A stretch of 64,000 bases of DNA, from assembly GCF_009914755.1 (NCBI RefSeq), contig NC_060925.1, one strand, 5' to 3'. The stretch is from the human T2T-CHM13v2.0 reference genome, Homo sapiens. Below are positions 1 to 15,628 of the stretch, piece by piece. The translations under genes were made by a program, and so were the position numbers. The notes beneath the pieces are model-generated. The model was not told where the DNA came from. It ran no database searches and saw only the letters and a list, made by a program, of their open reading frames with translations. The stretch's first letter is position 1, and every line of letters begins with the position of its first letter.

Positions 1-268
1 GAAGAAATGTTATTCACCTTGAAAGCAAAGCCAGAGTGCTTGCAGAATATCTAATAGGCTTTTAGTTTAACAGGGGGAGGAAAATGAGTGCTGCCAGAAA
101 GGCTGTAATCTCCCTGCATCCACACACACCAGGCAAACCTGCCACATGATTCCTAAGACCTATCTGTATTAAGAAGGTGCATGGAGGTATAAAAGGATTC
201 TCTGCTGTTGGAGGCTTGATCTCCTTCCTTGTATCTTTGCTCTACCTCCACTTTCTAGACTAGTTTGA

Positions 269-490
<222 letters not shown>

Positions 491-1139
491 TAAGTGTCCA
501 CTGGGTGGTTCTGTCACAGATCTAGGACACTCCTAGTCTCCTGAGGATGGGAGTAGTGATTACTATTTCTGTCTTTAAAAATTGCTGCATTAAAAAAATT
601 CTGTATAATGATAATACTTCAGGTTTATGTCTTTATATATACCATTTTCAAAACCTCTTTTGCAGATACTGTTTCATTTGGTACTCATGATAACTTAGTT
701 GAGTTGAAAGGAAAAGTATTCTGACCTCAGTTTTCACTGGTCAAATAAAGTCTCAAAATACTTGAAATTTTTCAAAGTGATATGGGTAGGTGGAACTGGG
801 AATCCCACCCATGTCCCCTAACTTAGTTCAGGGCTCTTCCCACTATAATATTTCACTTTCCAGCTCGATTTCTTTTCAACAGATGTCTTTGTAAAACAAA
901 TGAAGAAAAACATAAACATAAAAGATATCAGGAGTCCAGAAAGTATCAAGGCTTCCCAAAAAGGAATGGCCTCCAGAAATTTCTCATTTGAATTACAGAG
1001 AAGAATGAACTTGATGTTCTTGTTAATTATTAACTATTTTTCTTCCTGGAATGAGGATTGGGGAAGACAAAGGCCCAAACAGAACTCCAAATGTAGAGCA
1101 AACTCAACTTGTTTTTCAAACTGATCTATTTAACAAGCC

Positions 1140-1410
1140 TTTTACGCACTTCCTTTGTGTCAGGCACTGTTCTCTTGTCTCTAGCTTGCAACTGCTTTCA
1201 CTTTACAAATATTAACTGCATTTTGAGCTTTATAGATGTTAACCCAGGTAGTCCAAGTAATAACTTTAGGAGACACTATTCTTATTTTCATTATCCTAAT
1301 TTTATAGATAAAGAAAGTGACTTGCCCAAGGTCATACAGCTAGTGAGTAGTGAGGCCAGGATTCAAACTCAAGGACTCTCTAGGCTCCAGGGTCTAAAAT
1401 TTTAACCACC
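1140..1410 (-). mobile_element. MIR element in LAMC2 intron 12
   Basis: tgtgtcaggcactgttct...gacttgcccaaggtcatacagctagtgagtag...ggattcaaactcaagg (reverse-complement MIR core). Confidence 0.75.
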
Positions 1411-1525
1411 ATGACATGCTAAGCATTTCTGGACTTTTAGTATTATCCCCTGGGTACCTGGTATTGGATGATCCCTTGGGTACATGGTCTCCACCCTCGT
1501 TCTGATCTTTCCTGTGTGGTTTCAG

Positions 1526-1682
1526 ATGGATCAGTTTATGCAGCAGCTTCAGAGAATGGAGGCCCTGATTTCAAAGGCTCAGGGTGGTGATGGAGTAGTA
1601 CCTGATACAGAGCTGGAAGGCAGGATGCAGCAGGCTGAGCAGGCCCTTCAGGACATTCTGAGAGATGCCCAGATTTCAGAAG
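1526..1682 (+). CDS. LAMC2: LAMC2 exon 13 (coiled coil)
   Basis: tttcag|ATGGATCAG...TCAGAAG|gtgatg; [21 protein letters not shown]...AQISE; 157 nt. Confidence 0.97.
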
Positions 1683-1938
1683 GTGATGAAGGCCAACTTC
1701 CCTTCAGACAGAAGAGAATTCATAGTCCTAGAAGGAATGGCTACGTTAGGTCATAGAATCTTCTATGGATATCAGTTCAGCAGTTATCTCCAGCCAGCCC
1801 TTGCAGAAGTGGAAGGACTGTCTGTGGCATTCCCCCTGGGATCTGAATGATGGTGATAAAAGAATGGTTGGATGCATTTCTCTATTGGGTTTTTGTCATT
1901 TGACCATAAGCCAGTCAACCCTCCGTTATGTTTGCTAA

Positions 1939-2253
<315 letters not shown>

Positions 2254-2570
2254 TAGATCTCACTGACTCAATTTCTGTCTCTCAGTGGCTCACTTTCTGT
2301 TTCTGATCTACCTGACAGGTTGTTGGACTTCTTTTCCTTGCAACAGTCACATCTATTTATGTCTTTGGCCTTCTGAAGTTTCCTATTTTACTGCATTATG
2401 TTCTTCTCCTAAGTTCATTTATTTCTAACTACATCCTCATCTTGGCCCTGCCTCACCTCCCTTCTGCATATCTCCTAGCTTGTTAGCTCCCAGAGGGCAG
2501 GATTTACTTTAGTTCATATTTACTTTCTCAGCCTACAACACAGTGTATAGCTGTGGTAAATTTCTAGTGT

Positions 2571-2698
2571 ATGAATGAATGGATAAATGAATGAATGAAT
2601 GAAAAAGGAAGGAAGGAAAGAAGGAAGAAAGGATGGAGGAAGGGACAGAGGGAAAGAAGAACAAAGGAAGAGAGTAGGGAAGGAAGGAAGGAAGGAAG
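2571..2698 (+). repeat. (GAAT)n and GA-rich/(GGAA)n low-complexity tract
   Basis: Seen directly; (GGAA)5 at 2678-2697. Confidence 0.9.
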
Positions 2699-3156
2699 AC
2701 ATGGTTTTGAAAATGGGAAAAAAATGCTGCCAGTATGATTTTCTTGATGTAGTTTGTAATGTGGTAGGAGGGAGAGATTTGATTGAGCACTCTTCTATTT
2801 CTGAATAAAGAAGGTTATGGTAACAATAATGTAAATGGATGGGTGGGAGATGAATAGAGGAAGTGGAATGATAATCAGATACTATAATGAGGAAGTCACA
2901 TTAAAAATAATGTGTATTGATTGTTTCCTTTATTACAGAAATGTTTGTTGTAGAAAATAAATAAAAATTCTCTATGATCCCATTACTATCAAATAACCAC
3001 TGTTAAAATTTGGAATATATTCTACTGGACTTTAAGTTCATATAAAAAATGTACATGTATATATTTTTATTTTTATTTTTTTTGGCTTCCAGCAGGAAAA
3101 GAATTTTTATTTTACTTTGTTGTTGTTTTGGATTTTTTTATGTATATATATTTTAA

Positions 3157-3538
<382 letters not shown>

Positions 3539-3684
3539 TAAAAATAGAATAATGGTGAATAGAGGCATGGTGTAAGTGTCAGGGTGTGGAACCCTGTGTG
3601 GCTAATGACAAGTGGTTCTGACAGGACAGATGCACCTGCTTAAGTTCCATGGCCAAGTGCAAAGCCTTAACCGATTCGCCTTAA

Positions 3685-3786
<102 letters not shown>

Positions 3787-4812
3787 TGAGCAGCATTAGA
3801 GGGCACCTCTGCTTCAAGCCGTCTCTGCAAGGCCAGACTTGAATAAGAGTGTAGGGTATTAGGGACCCAAGCATCGTATTTATTCTCTCCAGGCTCCTTT
3901 GCAGCCATTCCCTACCTTGAAACCAGTTTTTAACCACTTGGCTTTTATTGTATGTAAGTGGCCACTGGGCAGGGTCATTTGGCAGGAGTTGGGGGTGAGG
4001 GTGTTTCTTTCCCACATTTCCCTATGACTCACAGTATGGCTGTGTTGTATGTCAGATGTGATTCCTCGGGCCACGTGAAATGAATCAGCCCTTGGAAGAG
4101 AAAGCTCTGCAGCTTTCAGGGACTCCCACACCAAGCCTGGGAACAAGTAGCAACGAGTTGTTTTTTAGCCTGTGGGGGCCAAGACTGCAGAGGGGGAACT
4201 TCCTCCTGAAAACCGGCTCTGCAGGGCCCCAATGATAACACGCAGCTCCCTTCATCCTTGGCTCTGACTAGAAATCCTACGGTGTTTAAGAGGTTTGCTG
4301 GTAGCGGTCTGCTCAGCAGGGTGGCAGGCTCTGTTAATCCCAAGTGGAATTCAGTCAGCGGAAGAGGGCTGATTTGTATATTTTGTAACATGAGCTGCCT
4401 CCTGAGCTCGTTTTTAATTTTGTTTCTTTGGGTTTTTTTTAAAGAAGCACTTTTTAGAACCAGGAGGAACCAAAAGTATCCAGGGAATTTTTATAGACAT
4501 GCTTTGTCCCCCTAGTGGTGGGCCCAGTTTAGAGCTGAAGCGAAAGTGCGTAAAGGTTGGATCCTGGGTGAAATAAGACCTAGAGGTTTCTTCCTGCAGC
4601 AAACAGCTTACAGATGCAGTGTTTTATCACCTGAGACTGCTCCCACCCATCTCCACACTCCACCCCGCTCCGGGACTCCAGTGATTATGCCATAAACGGA
4701 AAAGATCACTACAAGGTCTATGACATAAGGCGAATTCTCCAAAACACTTTCTGCTTCTTGACAGCACCTCTAATTCCATGTAATTTGAGTCAGTTCTGTA
4801 GGGTTTTTCTAA

Positions 4813-5130
<318 letters not shown>

Positions 5131-5580
5131 TAACCGTACTTGAGGGGCACCATGCTAGTTGTAAAAAACATATTATTAATGATAATAAGAGGGCCGAAAT
5201 CATGGGAGTTTTACTTTGGGGAAAAGCAGATATTTTTAAGACTGGAAGAAAAAAAGATTGGTTAGTCTAAATAAAATTAATGTTTTGATTGAGATTACAA
5301 TACTGGGAGGTATGGTCACCCTCTGGTGTTTGAAGGGTGTGAATAAACCCATCTGATGGCATGGGGAGATATAAAAATACAGAAATATATTTCTGTTATC
5401 AAGAAGTGGGGAATTTGGGATTGAATTTTTCTGACCCAACCTGTGTAAATTAAAAGGCTTATGTTTAGTGGAGAGGGACAAGTATCTGATAAATAATTTT
5501 GTTTGGTTCTTCTGGTTATTCTAACTACATACTTTCAAGACAACAGGGTGAAATTTTGCTTTTGTTAAAAAAAAAGGGGG

Positions 5581-5965
<385 letters not shown>

Positions 5966-6688
5966 TGATATACAGGAGGGCCATAAATACTTTCTTTTCT
6001 GGGGGTGCCATAATATTGTTCAAACATTCAGCTTTTTCTCCATGTTGACCATTTCTGTTTTAGAGTGGGAAGAGTATTTAGCCTTCTCATTACCCATTTG
6101 CTTGTTCTTAAACCACAATCCTAGTCTCTGGAAAGGATTTGACCCATGCTAAACCTATTACTGGATAAAAGTTTTATGTATCTTCCTTAGTTCTGGGGAT
6201 TGTTGAAACCTGTGGAAAATTTTTATAAAGTTTTTTTGTTTACGCTTGAGTCCAACCTATAGTATATCTCTATGTATAGCCACTCTGAGATGACTTCTTC
6301 TCAAAAGTTTTGCATTGTTTCTGCCATCAGTTCCTTTAACAATTCCAAACTTATTCGATTAAGAAGATTTTGTTTACTACCTATAGAAAAAAAAATTCAC
6401 AATCCCCATGGATATATGTTCCCATGAATATATAAACTAACATGTAAACATTTAAAAAATGAAAAAGAACAGAGACAAAGCCTGTTTGACATTGAGGGGA
6501 CCTGCTGCCTTACTTTCATTGGGCATACTGACTCATTTTTGTTAGGTTTTGGGCCTGGATGGCTAGTGACTATTTTCTTGGCTTCTTAAGGCTGTTGCTA
6601 TTTTCAAACAATGGTGCCAGGTCCTAACAAGGCTGGTGTGGTAACTGGTAAGCAGAAGTCAGACTCCCTGGTTTCTTTGGGCTCATAG

Positions 6689-6853
<165 letters not shown>

Positions 6854-6923
6854 TAATTCATTCACTCAATAAAGATGTATTGAATGCCCACCATATGAAT
6901 AAATATGGCAAGAAGAATAATCA

Positions 6924-7232
<309 letters not shown>

Positions 7233-7589
7233 AACAATGAAGGCACTGCTTATGGAAGAAGTAACAGTTGCAGAGATCTTGGTGTGATTAGCTCAGTTCC
7301 ACCCAGTCGGTCAGCCCTCAAACCTAGGAATAGGACCTAGGCCTCTTGGGTCTAATTTTGGTCTAGCTCAGTCTACTACTTGGCTTCAGGAAATATCTAG
7401 AGTTTAAAATTATGATTTATAAAACCGTTCCTGTCCCTGATGGTGGACTAGAGTTTCTCTATATGGAATGTGTTGTGGACTTATAAAGTTTGCTCTGTCC
7501 CAGATTGTAGAGGGGTTTGCTACAGCACCCCTAGACTCTGCAGTGAATCACAATGATCTGCTGTCATGAAGAGAAATGTGTCAGAGTGA

Positions 7590-7760
<171 letters not shown>

Positions 7761-8570
7761 TAGTACTTCATGGTTCAGGTCACTTGAGTATTTTAAGTGT
7801 ATAGTCATGACCAATTTCCTTTGAATTCTCATATGTCTCTCTAAGTGGCAGGTATATTGGGATATTAATAGATCCTTAGTAAATATCTTTCTAAAGAAAA
7901 TCTTAATGCATTAATATTTAATGTAGTAGTAATAATAGAGCTAGATGTCAGAAGCCTTGAGTTCTGATCTCTGCTGGGCCACCTAACCAGGCCAGACTAG
8001 CTGTGTGACCATAGGCAAGTCATGTAACCTTTCCAGAACCTAGTATCTTCCTCTTTAAAGAGACGAGGTTAAACTATGTGTTCTCTAAGTTCTCTCACAG
8101 ATGCAACATACCACTACTGTACAGACATTTTTCCTTTTCCTGTGTAGTCTGGTTGGTTCCAGTATGGAACTGATATGTTTCTTTGTGGTGATAACAGAGC
8201 AACCTTTGTCACTGCATCTAGATCCCAGGAGATTTAGATTTGTGCCTCGCAGAGATTTCATTAAAATTTCAGGCTTCTTCACTAAAGCACAAAAGAGAAA
8301 CATTCCCAAAATTTTGGAATTTTCTTCATGGAAAGTACTTCTCTACCCATTCAAACCTAACCCCAATTCTTATCATTGGAGCTTAGGGCTTAAAACTCTG
8401 GCTTGATGCTTTGGACTTCAAAGATTCTACCTGCTTCTGATGCACTCTTCAGTTTCAATACTCTTGCAGTGCTGTGGAACTCAGGGCAGGCTGATTGTCG
8501 GTTTCTCTAAGCAACGGAGTAATTATAACCCCTCCAATGCATCTTTTAAGAAAGTTAATTCCAGCCGTAA

Positions 8571-8933
<363 letters not shown>

Positions 8934-9376
8934 TAGCACCAAACACAAGGGTGGTGTGGAGGGAAAAAGAACATTGAGCTTATTTTAACCTCTGAGGCTC
9001 AGAGCCCTGTTGTGGCCCATGGGAGCCCCAGATTAAAAGACTATGGTAGCAAAGACGCATGACAGAGAATGATGTGTTTTTTTGTCCTCCGGGTTTTCCC
9101 AAATGGTTCCTAACTCTGTTCAACATTTGGTGAGCATTGAACTGAGAGAGAAGCACTGTCTGGCCGCTGACCTTCCTAGTCATACCCCCAGATTAGCTTG
9201 TTTGAGGCAGAGCTTGGCAAAGTACCCCTGTCCCTAAGTCTGATTCTCTCATTATTCATCTAATTTACTCCATCAGGGCCCGGCTGCCGCTGTATTTTTT
9301 CTATGGTTGTCTTTGGGATGTTTTTGTGCCTCACCCCTATCTCTCCTTCCGTCCCTGGCTCCTTTTCTTCTCTCAG

Positions 9377-9535
9377 GAGATTGGGAGTCTGAACTTGGAA
9401 GCCAATGTGACAGCAGATGGAGCCTTGGCCATGGAAAAGGGACTGGCCTCTCTGAAGAGTGAGATGAGGGAAGTGGAAGGAGAGCTGGAAAGGAAGGAGC
9501 TGGAGTTTGACACGAATATGGATGCAGTACAGATG
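9377..9535 (+). CDS. LAMC2: LAMC2 exon 21
   Basis: tctcag|GAGATTGGG...CAGATG|gtgagt; [53 protein letters not shown]; 159 nt. Confidence 0.97.
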
Positions 9536-9628
9536 GTGAGTTCCTGTTGCTTTCCACGGGAGATCCCTTTCAACTTGCCAAAATGGAAAATACCTTTTCA
9601 AGGCTGGTTTGTGCTTATTTGTCCTCAG

Positions 9629-9728
9629 GTGATTACAGAAGCCCAGAAGGTTGATACCAGAGCCAAGAACGCTGGGGTTACAATCCAAGACACACTCAAC
9701 ACATTAGACGGCCTCCTGCATCTGATGG
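9629..9728 (+). CDS. LAMC2: LAMC2 exon 22 (read-through into intron 22 ends the short gamma-2* isoform with ...LMGM*, TGA at 9734-9736)
   Basis: cctcag|GTGATTACA...CTGATGG|gtatgtga; [33 protein letters not shown]; 100 nt. Confidence 0.96.
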
Positions 9729-10302
9729 GTATGTGAACCCACAACCCACAACCTTCCAGCTCCATGCTCCAGGGCTTTGCTCCAGAACACTCACTATACC
9801 TAGCCCCAGCAAAGGGGAGTCTCAGCTTTCCTTAAGGATATCAGTAAATGTGCTTTGTTTCCAGGCCCAGATAACTTTCGGCAGGTTCCCTTACATTTAC
9901 TGGACCCTGTTTTACCGTTGCTAAGATGGGTCACTGAACACCTATTGCACTTGGGGGTAAAGGTCTGTGGGCCAAAGAACAGGTGTATATAAGCAACTTC
10001 ACAGAACACGAGACAGCTTGGGAATCCTGCTAAAGAGTCTGGCCTGGACCCTGAGAAGCCAGTGGACAGTTTTAAGCAGAGGAATAACATCACCACTGTA
10101 TATTTCAGAAAGATCACTAGGGCAGCCGAGTGGAGGAAAGCTTGAAGAGGGGGTTAGAGAGAAGGCAGGTTGAGACTACTTAAGATATTGTTGAAATAAT
10201 TGAAGAGAGAAATGACAGGAGCCTGCTCTAAGGCAGTAGAATGGTGGCTGGGAAGATGTGAAGGAAGATTTTCCCAGTCTGTGAAGTCAAGAATCACTTG
10301 CC

Positions 10303-10610
10303 GGCCGGGTGTGGTGGCTCACGCCTGTAATTCTAGCACTTTGGGAGACTGAAGCGGGTGGATCACCCGAGGTCAGGAGTTGAAGACCAGCCTGGCCAAC
10401 ATGGTGAAACCCTGTCTCTACTAAAAGTACAAAAATTAGCTGGATGTGGTGGTGGGCGCCTGTAATTCCAGCTACTCAGGAGTCTGAGGCAGGAGAATCG
10501 CTTGAACCCAGGAGGCGGAGGTTACAGTGAGCCAAGATTGCACCACTGCTCTCCAGCCTGGGGAACAGAGCAAGACTGTCTCAAAAAAAAAAAAAAAAGG
10601 AAAAATAAAA
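10303..10610 (+). mobile_element. Alu (AluS-like) in LAMC2 intron 22
   Basis: Full dimer; TSD aagaatcacttgcc on both sides. Confidence 0.95.
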
Positions 10611-12335
10611 AAGAATCACTTGCCGATTTTACATTTGTTCCTCCCCAAACCAAAGTTATACCTTGATGTAACCAGTGGGAGGAACTTGAGCTGCTTGGGT
10701 AAATAACCCAGAAGAAATGTGATGAGAGTAGGCCTGTGAGATAATTTTAGGAAGATCTGATGGCACAGCGTGGAAGAAAATCAGGTTTCCCTACAGAATC
10801 GCTCCCAAAAGAAAACTTATTTTGGTTAAATTTCTGGATTTAGGTAGAGCTGATATCAAACCCTCATTTGGTCTGTTTTATCAAGCTTGGACTGCAGCAG
10901 ATGTGGAACTAGAGATTCGTCACAGATTCCAGTAACATTTAGGAAAATGTTTGGCTCTGCTATTCCAGTTCAGTAGAACAACTTCGAAACTGGATTTTTC
11001 TGTAGGGTGTCATCATCACCCTGAGATGCCAATGTCATCTGTGTTGTTATAGTCTTGGGTCTGCTTTGTGATCCAATGAGCCCAAAAGAGTAAAATGCCC
11101 TCAAAGGATTGAGAAAAAAAAAAGGAAAAAACAAAACAAAGGAAAACAAAACCTTCCCAATTGAGACTTTAGCAGCGTTGTTTAGTGTTCTAAAAAAAAA
11201 AGAAAGGCAATGAAACTAATGAGACCTGTAAAGAGAATATGAGAGAGTAGGGAGAGCAGGGTAGATGGAAGCTATTAAACATTTACTATGTGTCAGATGT
11301 TTTCATGGTGTAATATCATTTGTCTTGTAAAAGTCCTCTGTGGTGGGTTTTATCATTTTTATTATTTTATTTCATGAAGGACTGAACTGAGGCTCAGAGG
11401 TTAATAATGCCCCACAGGTCATGTAGTAAATTGTAGAGGCAGGATCCAAACTGATATCTTTTTGCCTCCAATGCTCGTGTTCTTTTCTAGTAACTCATGC
11501 CACCTTCCCATAGACAAGGTTATTTTGTTCCCAAGCTTACTTAACTTCCTCTGCATGTCGTAAAATCCTAAATTCCTAAATTCTCCCTGACCCCAAGTGA
11601 AAGATCCATTTGGATCAACATTTTTGTTACAGTGTTGTTTCTACTCTGTGTGCTCTCTTAAGTCCTGGAGCAATATGAGATTAATTGTTCTAGGTATAAT
11701 AAACTCATGCAGTCAAATACTATCACTTCAGCTCACATATGTGAGGCAACTTGACCTTGAGTTCGAATTGACCAAGGCCACTCAAACCTATTTGAACTAA
11801 ATGGGTCTGGCCAGGTACCCTTCATACTGACATTAGTTTTAGATAGTCTAAGGGTAACACATGCTTGAACAAACGTGATTTTATTTTAAATTGGAAATAA
11901 AATAACATCTAGTCAGATGACTGCTGTTTCAGGCTGGAATGATGTCTGACATCAATTTCTAGCAGCTGGAATCCATTCCCCAAGTGGCAAAGCGTACCTT
12001 GGCCTCTATAACCCTGAAGCTCAGCCAGTTTCTTAAGGTCTTCTAATAGAAAACAGCAAGATATTTCTTAAGGGTGGTTCAGAAAGCATAATTTGGAGTT
12101 GATTCTAATCCTAGCAGTGACCTATGTTAGGCAAATGCCTTGGATAGTGCTCAGTCCCCTATGACCTTCAGTCCTCTTTTTTTTTTTTTTCATAGCATAA
12201 ACTATTGACCTTAACACGAAAGGAAAACTCCAGACATCACGTTGCTGAACTAGATAGCTCAGAGTCTTGAACAGTGTTGTTCATAGCCCAGTAAATAGGC
12301 TAGCCCTCTCAGAACTCTTTCTAGGTGATTTCTAA

Positions 12336-12737
<402 letters not shown>

Positions 12738-13879
12738 AGCTGCCATAAATATTTCTCAACTGAGGTTCTTGGGATACAGATCTCAGGGCTCGGGAGCCAT
12801 GTCATGTGAGTGGGTGGGATGGGGACATTTGAACATGTTTAATGGGTATGCTCAGGTCAACTGACCTGACCCCATTCCTGATCCCATGGCCAGGTGGTTG
12901 TCTTATTGCACCATACTCCTTGCTTCCTGATGCTGGGCAATGAGGCAGATAGCACTGGGTGTGAGAATGATCAAGGATCTGGACCCCAAAGAATAGACTG
13001 GATGGAAAGACAAACTGCACAGGCAGATGTTTGCCTCATAATAGTCGTAAGTGGAGTCCTGGAATTTGGACAAGTGCTGTTGGGATATAGTCAACTTATT
13101 CTTTGAGTAATGTGACTAAAGGAAAAAACTTTGACTTTGCCCAGGCATGAAATTCTTCCTAATGTCAGAACAGAGTGCAACCCAGTCACACTGTGGCCAG
13201 TAAAATACTATTGCCTCATATTGTCCTCTGCAAGCTTCTTGCTGATCAGAGTTCCTCCTACTTACAACCCAGGGTGTGAACATGTTCTCCATTTTCAAGC
13301 TGGAAGAAGTGAGCAGTGTTGGAGTGAGGACCTGTAAGGCAGGCCCATTCAGAGCTATGGTGCTTGCTGGTGCCTGCCACCTTCAAGTTCTGGACCTGGG
13401 CATGACATCCTTTCTTTTAATGATGCCATGGCAACTTAGAGATTGCATTTTTATTAAAGCATTTCCTACCAGCAAAGCAAATGTTGGGAAAGTATTTACT
13501 TTTTCGGTTTCAAAGTGATAGAAAAGTGTGGCTTGGGCATTGAAAGAGGTAAAATTCTCTAGATTTATTAGTCCTAATTCAATCCTACTTTTCGAACACC
13601 AAAAATGATGCGCATCAATGTATTTTATCTTATTTTCTCAATCTCCTCTCTCTTTCCTCCACCCATAATAAGAGAATGTTCCTACTCACACTTCAGCTGG
13701 GTCACATCCATCCCTCCATTCATCCTTCCATCCATCTTTCCATCCATTACCTCCATCCATCCTTCCAACATATATTTATTGAGTACCTACTGTGTGCCAG
13801 GGGCTGGTGGGACAGTGGTGACATAGTCTCTGCCCTCATAGAGTTGATTGTCTAGTGAGGAAGACAAGCATTTTTAAAA

Positions 13880-13885
13880 AATAAA
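13880..13885 (+). terminator. LAMC2 proximal polyadenylation signal (candidate)
   Basis: AATAAA followed by a T/GT-rich stretch (tttgtttgtc...gtggtgttt). Confidence 0.55.
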
Positions 13886-14217
13886 TTTAAACTTACAAAC
13901 TTTGTTTGTCACAAGTGGTGTTTATTGCAATAACCGCTTGGTTTGCAACCTCTTTGCTCAACAGAACATATGTTGCAAGACCCTCCCATGGGGGCACTTG
14001 AGTTTTGGCAAGGCTGACAGAGCTCTGGGTTGTGCACATTTCTTTGCATTCCAGCTGTCACTCTGTGCCTTTCTACAACTGATTGCAACAGACTGTTGAG
14101 TTATGATAACACCAGTGGGAATTGCTGGAGGAACCAGAGGCACTTCCACCTTGGCTGGGAAGACTATGGTGCTGCCTTGCTTCTGTATTTCCTTGGATTT
14201 TCCTGAAAGTGTTTTTA

Positions 14218-14223
14218 AATAAA
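14218..14223 (+). terminator. LAMC2 distal polyadenylation signal
   Basis: AATAAA at the end of the 3'UTR-like sequence, T-rich upstream. Confidence 0.75.
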
Positions 14224-15224
14224 GAACAATTGTTAGATGCCTGGGGTCAGTTTCTGATTTACTAAACTCTAAGCCTATGATGGTACCAAAGTAATGGAAA
14301 TGAAAATGCCACAGAAATGGCAATAGGTCCTAGAGTTAGCATCTTCAGTTCCCACTTCTGAGCATCTTACTTCGCCCATTCCAACCATACAGGATTGATG
14401 ATGCTGTCAATGAGATTTTTATGAGGTTTAACTGATGCTGTCTTCTAAGCATAAAGCTTTATTTCTAGAAAAACTCTAGCTGGGTGGGGGGGATATAGTT
14501 AATATTCTTATCTTTTTCATCAGCTATAAAATGAAGGTAAAATTAATAGTTTGTGGTGCATATGTCATGCTTTTTAAGAAGTTAAAATGTACTAAATTAA
14601 GATCTTGAATTGGTCATCTACGCAAGCGGCTGAGGAAACAATTCTGCTTCTGTCCATTGACCCCCAGATTCTGATAGGTCTGGTCACTTTGCTTTACCTT
14701 CTGTGAAAATGAATTTGTAATCCTGTCTTGGCATACCCAATTACACATTCTACAGATCTCTTGCTATAATTAACGACCAGTGCCCAGACTCCACAGTCAT
14801 TTCAGAGGCCCTGCCATTTACATGTGACTTCTAAGGTTGCCTGGGGGATGGAGGGTTGTGGCCATTCCAGCTGGTTGTCACCAGCTGATGGAAAGAGAAA
14901 AGAACATGGAGGAAGGATACACAGGAAAGCCAGGCTTGGGAGGGCCTCACGTGCCATGGTCCAAAACCCAGCAAAACAATCACATCTGCCATGCAAAGGG
15001 GTCTGGAAGATGTAGTCCTTTGTTAGGATGCCACTTCACAGTGACAATTCTACATTATGAAAGGAGAAAATGCATTGTCGGTGATTGGCTGTCTCTTCCA
15101 AGTGTAAGATTAGACAGTACATGTTCTAGGAAACTTGGTGAGGGATCCCATTAGTTAATAACCACGGTATGTGTAATCATATAAGGATTCTTCAATGGAA
15201 TAGATTGTTTTAAAAGTCGTAAGA

Positions 15225-15628
<404 letters not shown>

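Larger units (their letters stand above)
12738..14241 (+). other. LAMC2: LAMC2 3'UTR (long isoform)
   Basis: Follows the stop codon; AATAAA at 13880-13885 and 14218-14223; 3' end inferred about 18 nt past the distal signal. Confidence 0.8.

Noticed and set aside
13922-13933. 12-bp palindrome TTATTGCAATAA in the LAMC2 3'UTR
   Set aside because: Short AT-rich palindromes are expected by chance in 64 kb, and the spacing does not fit a canonical C/EBP site.
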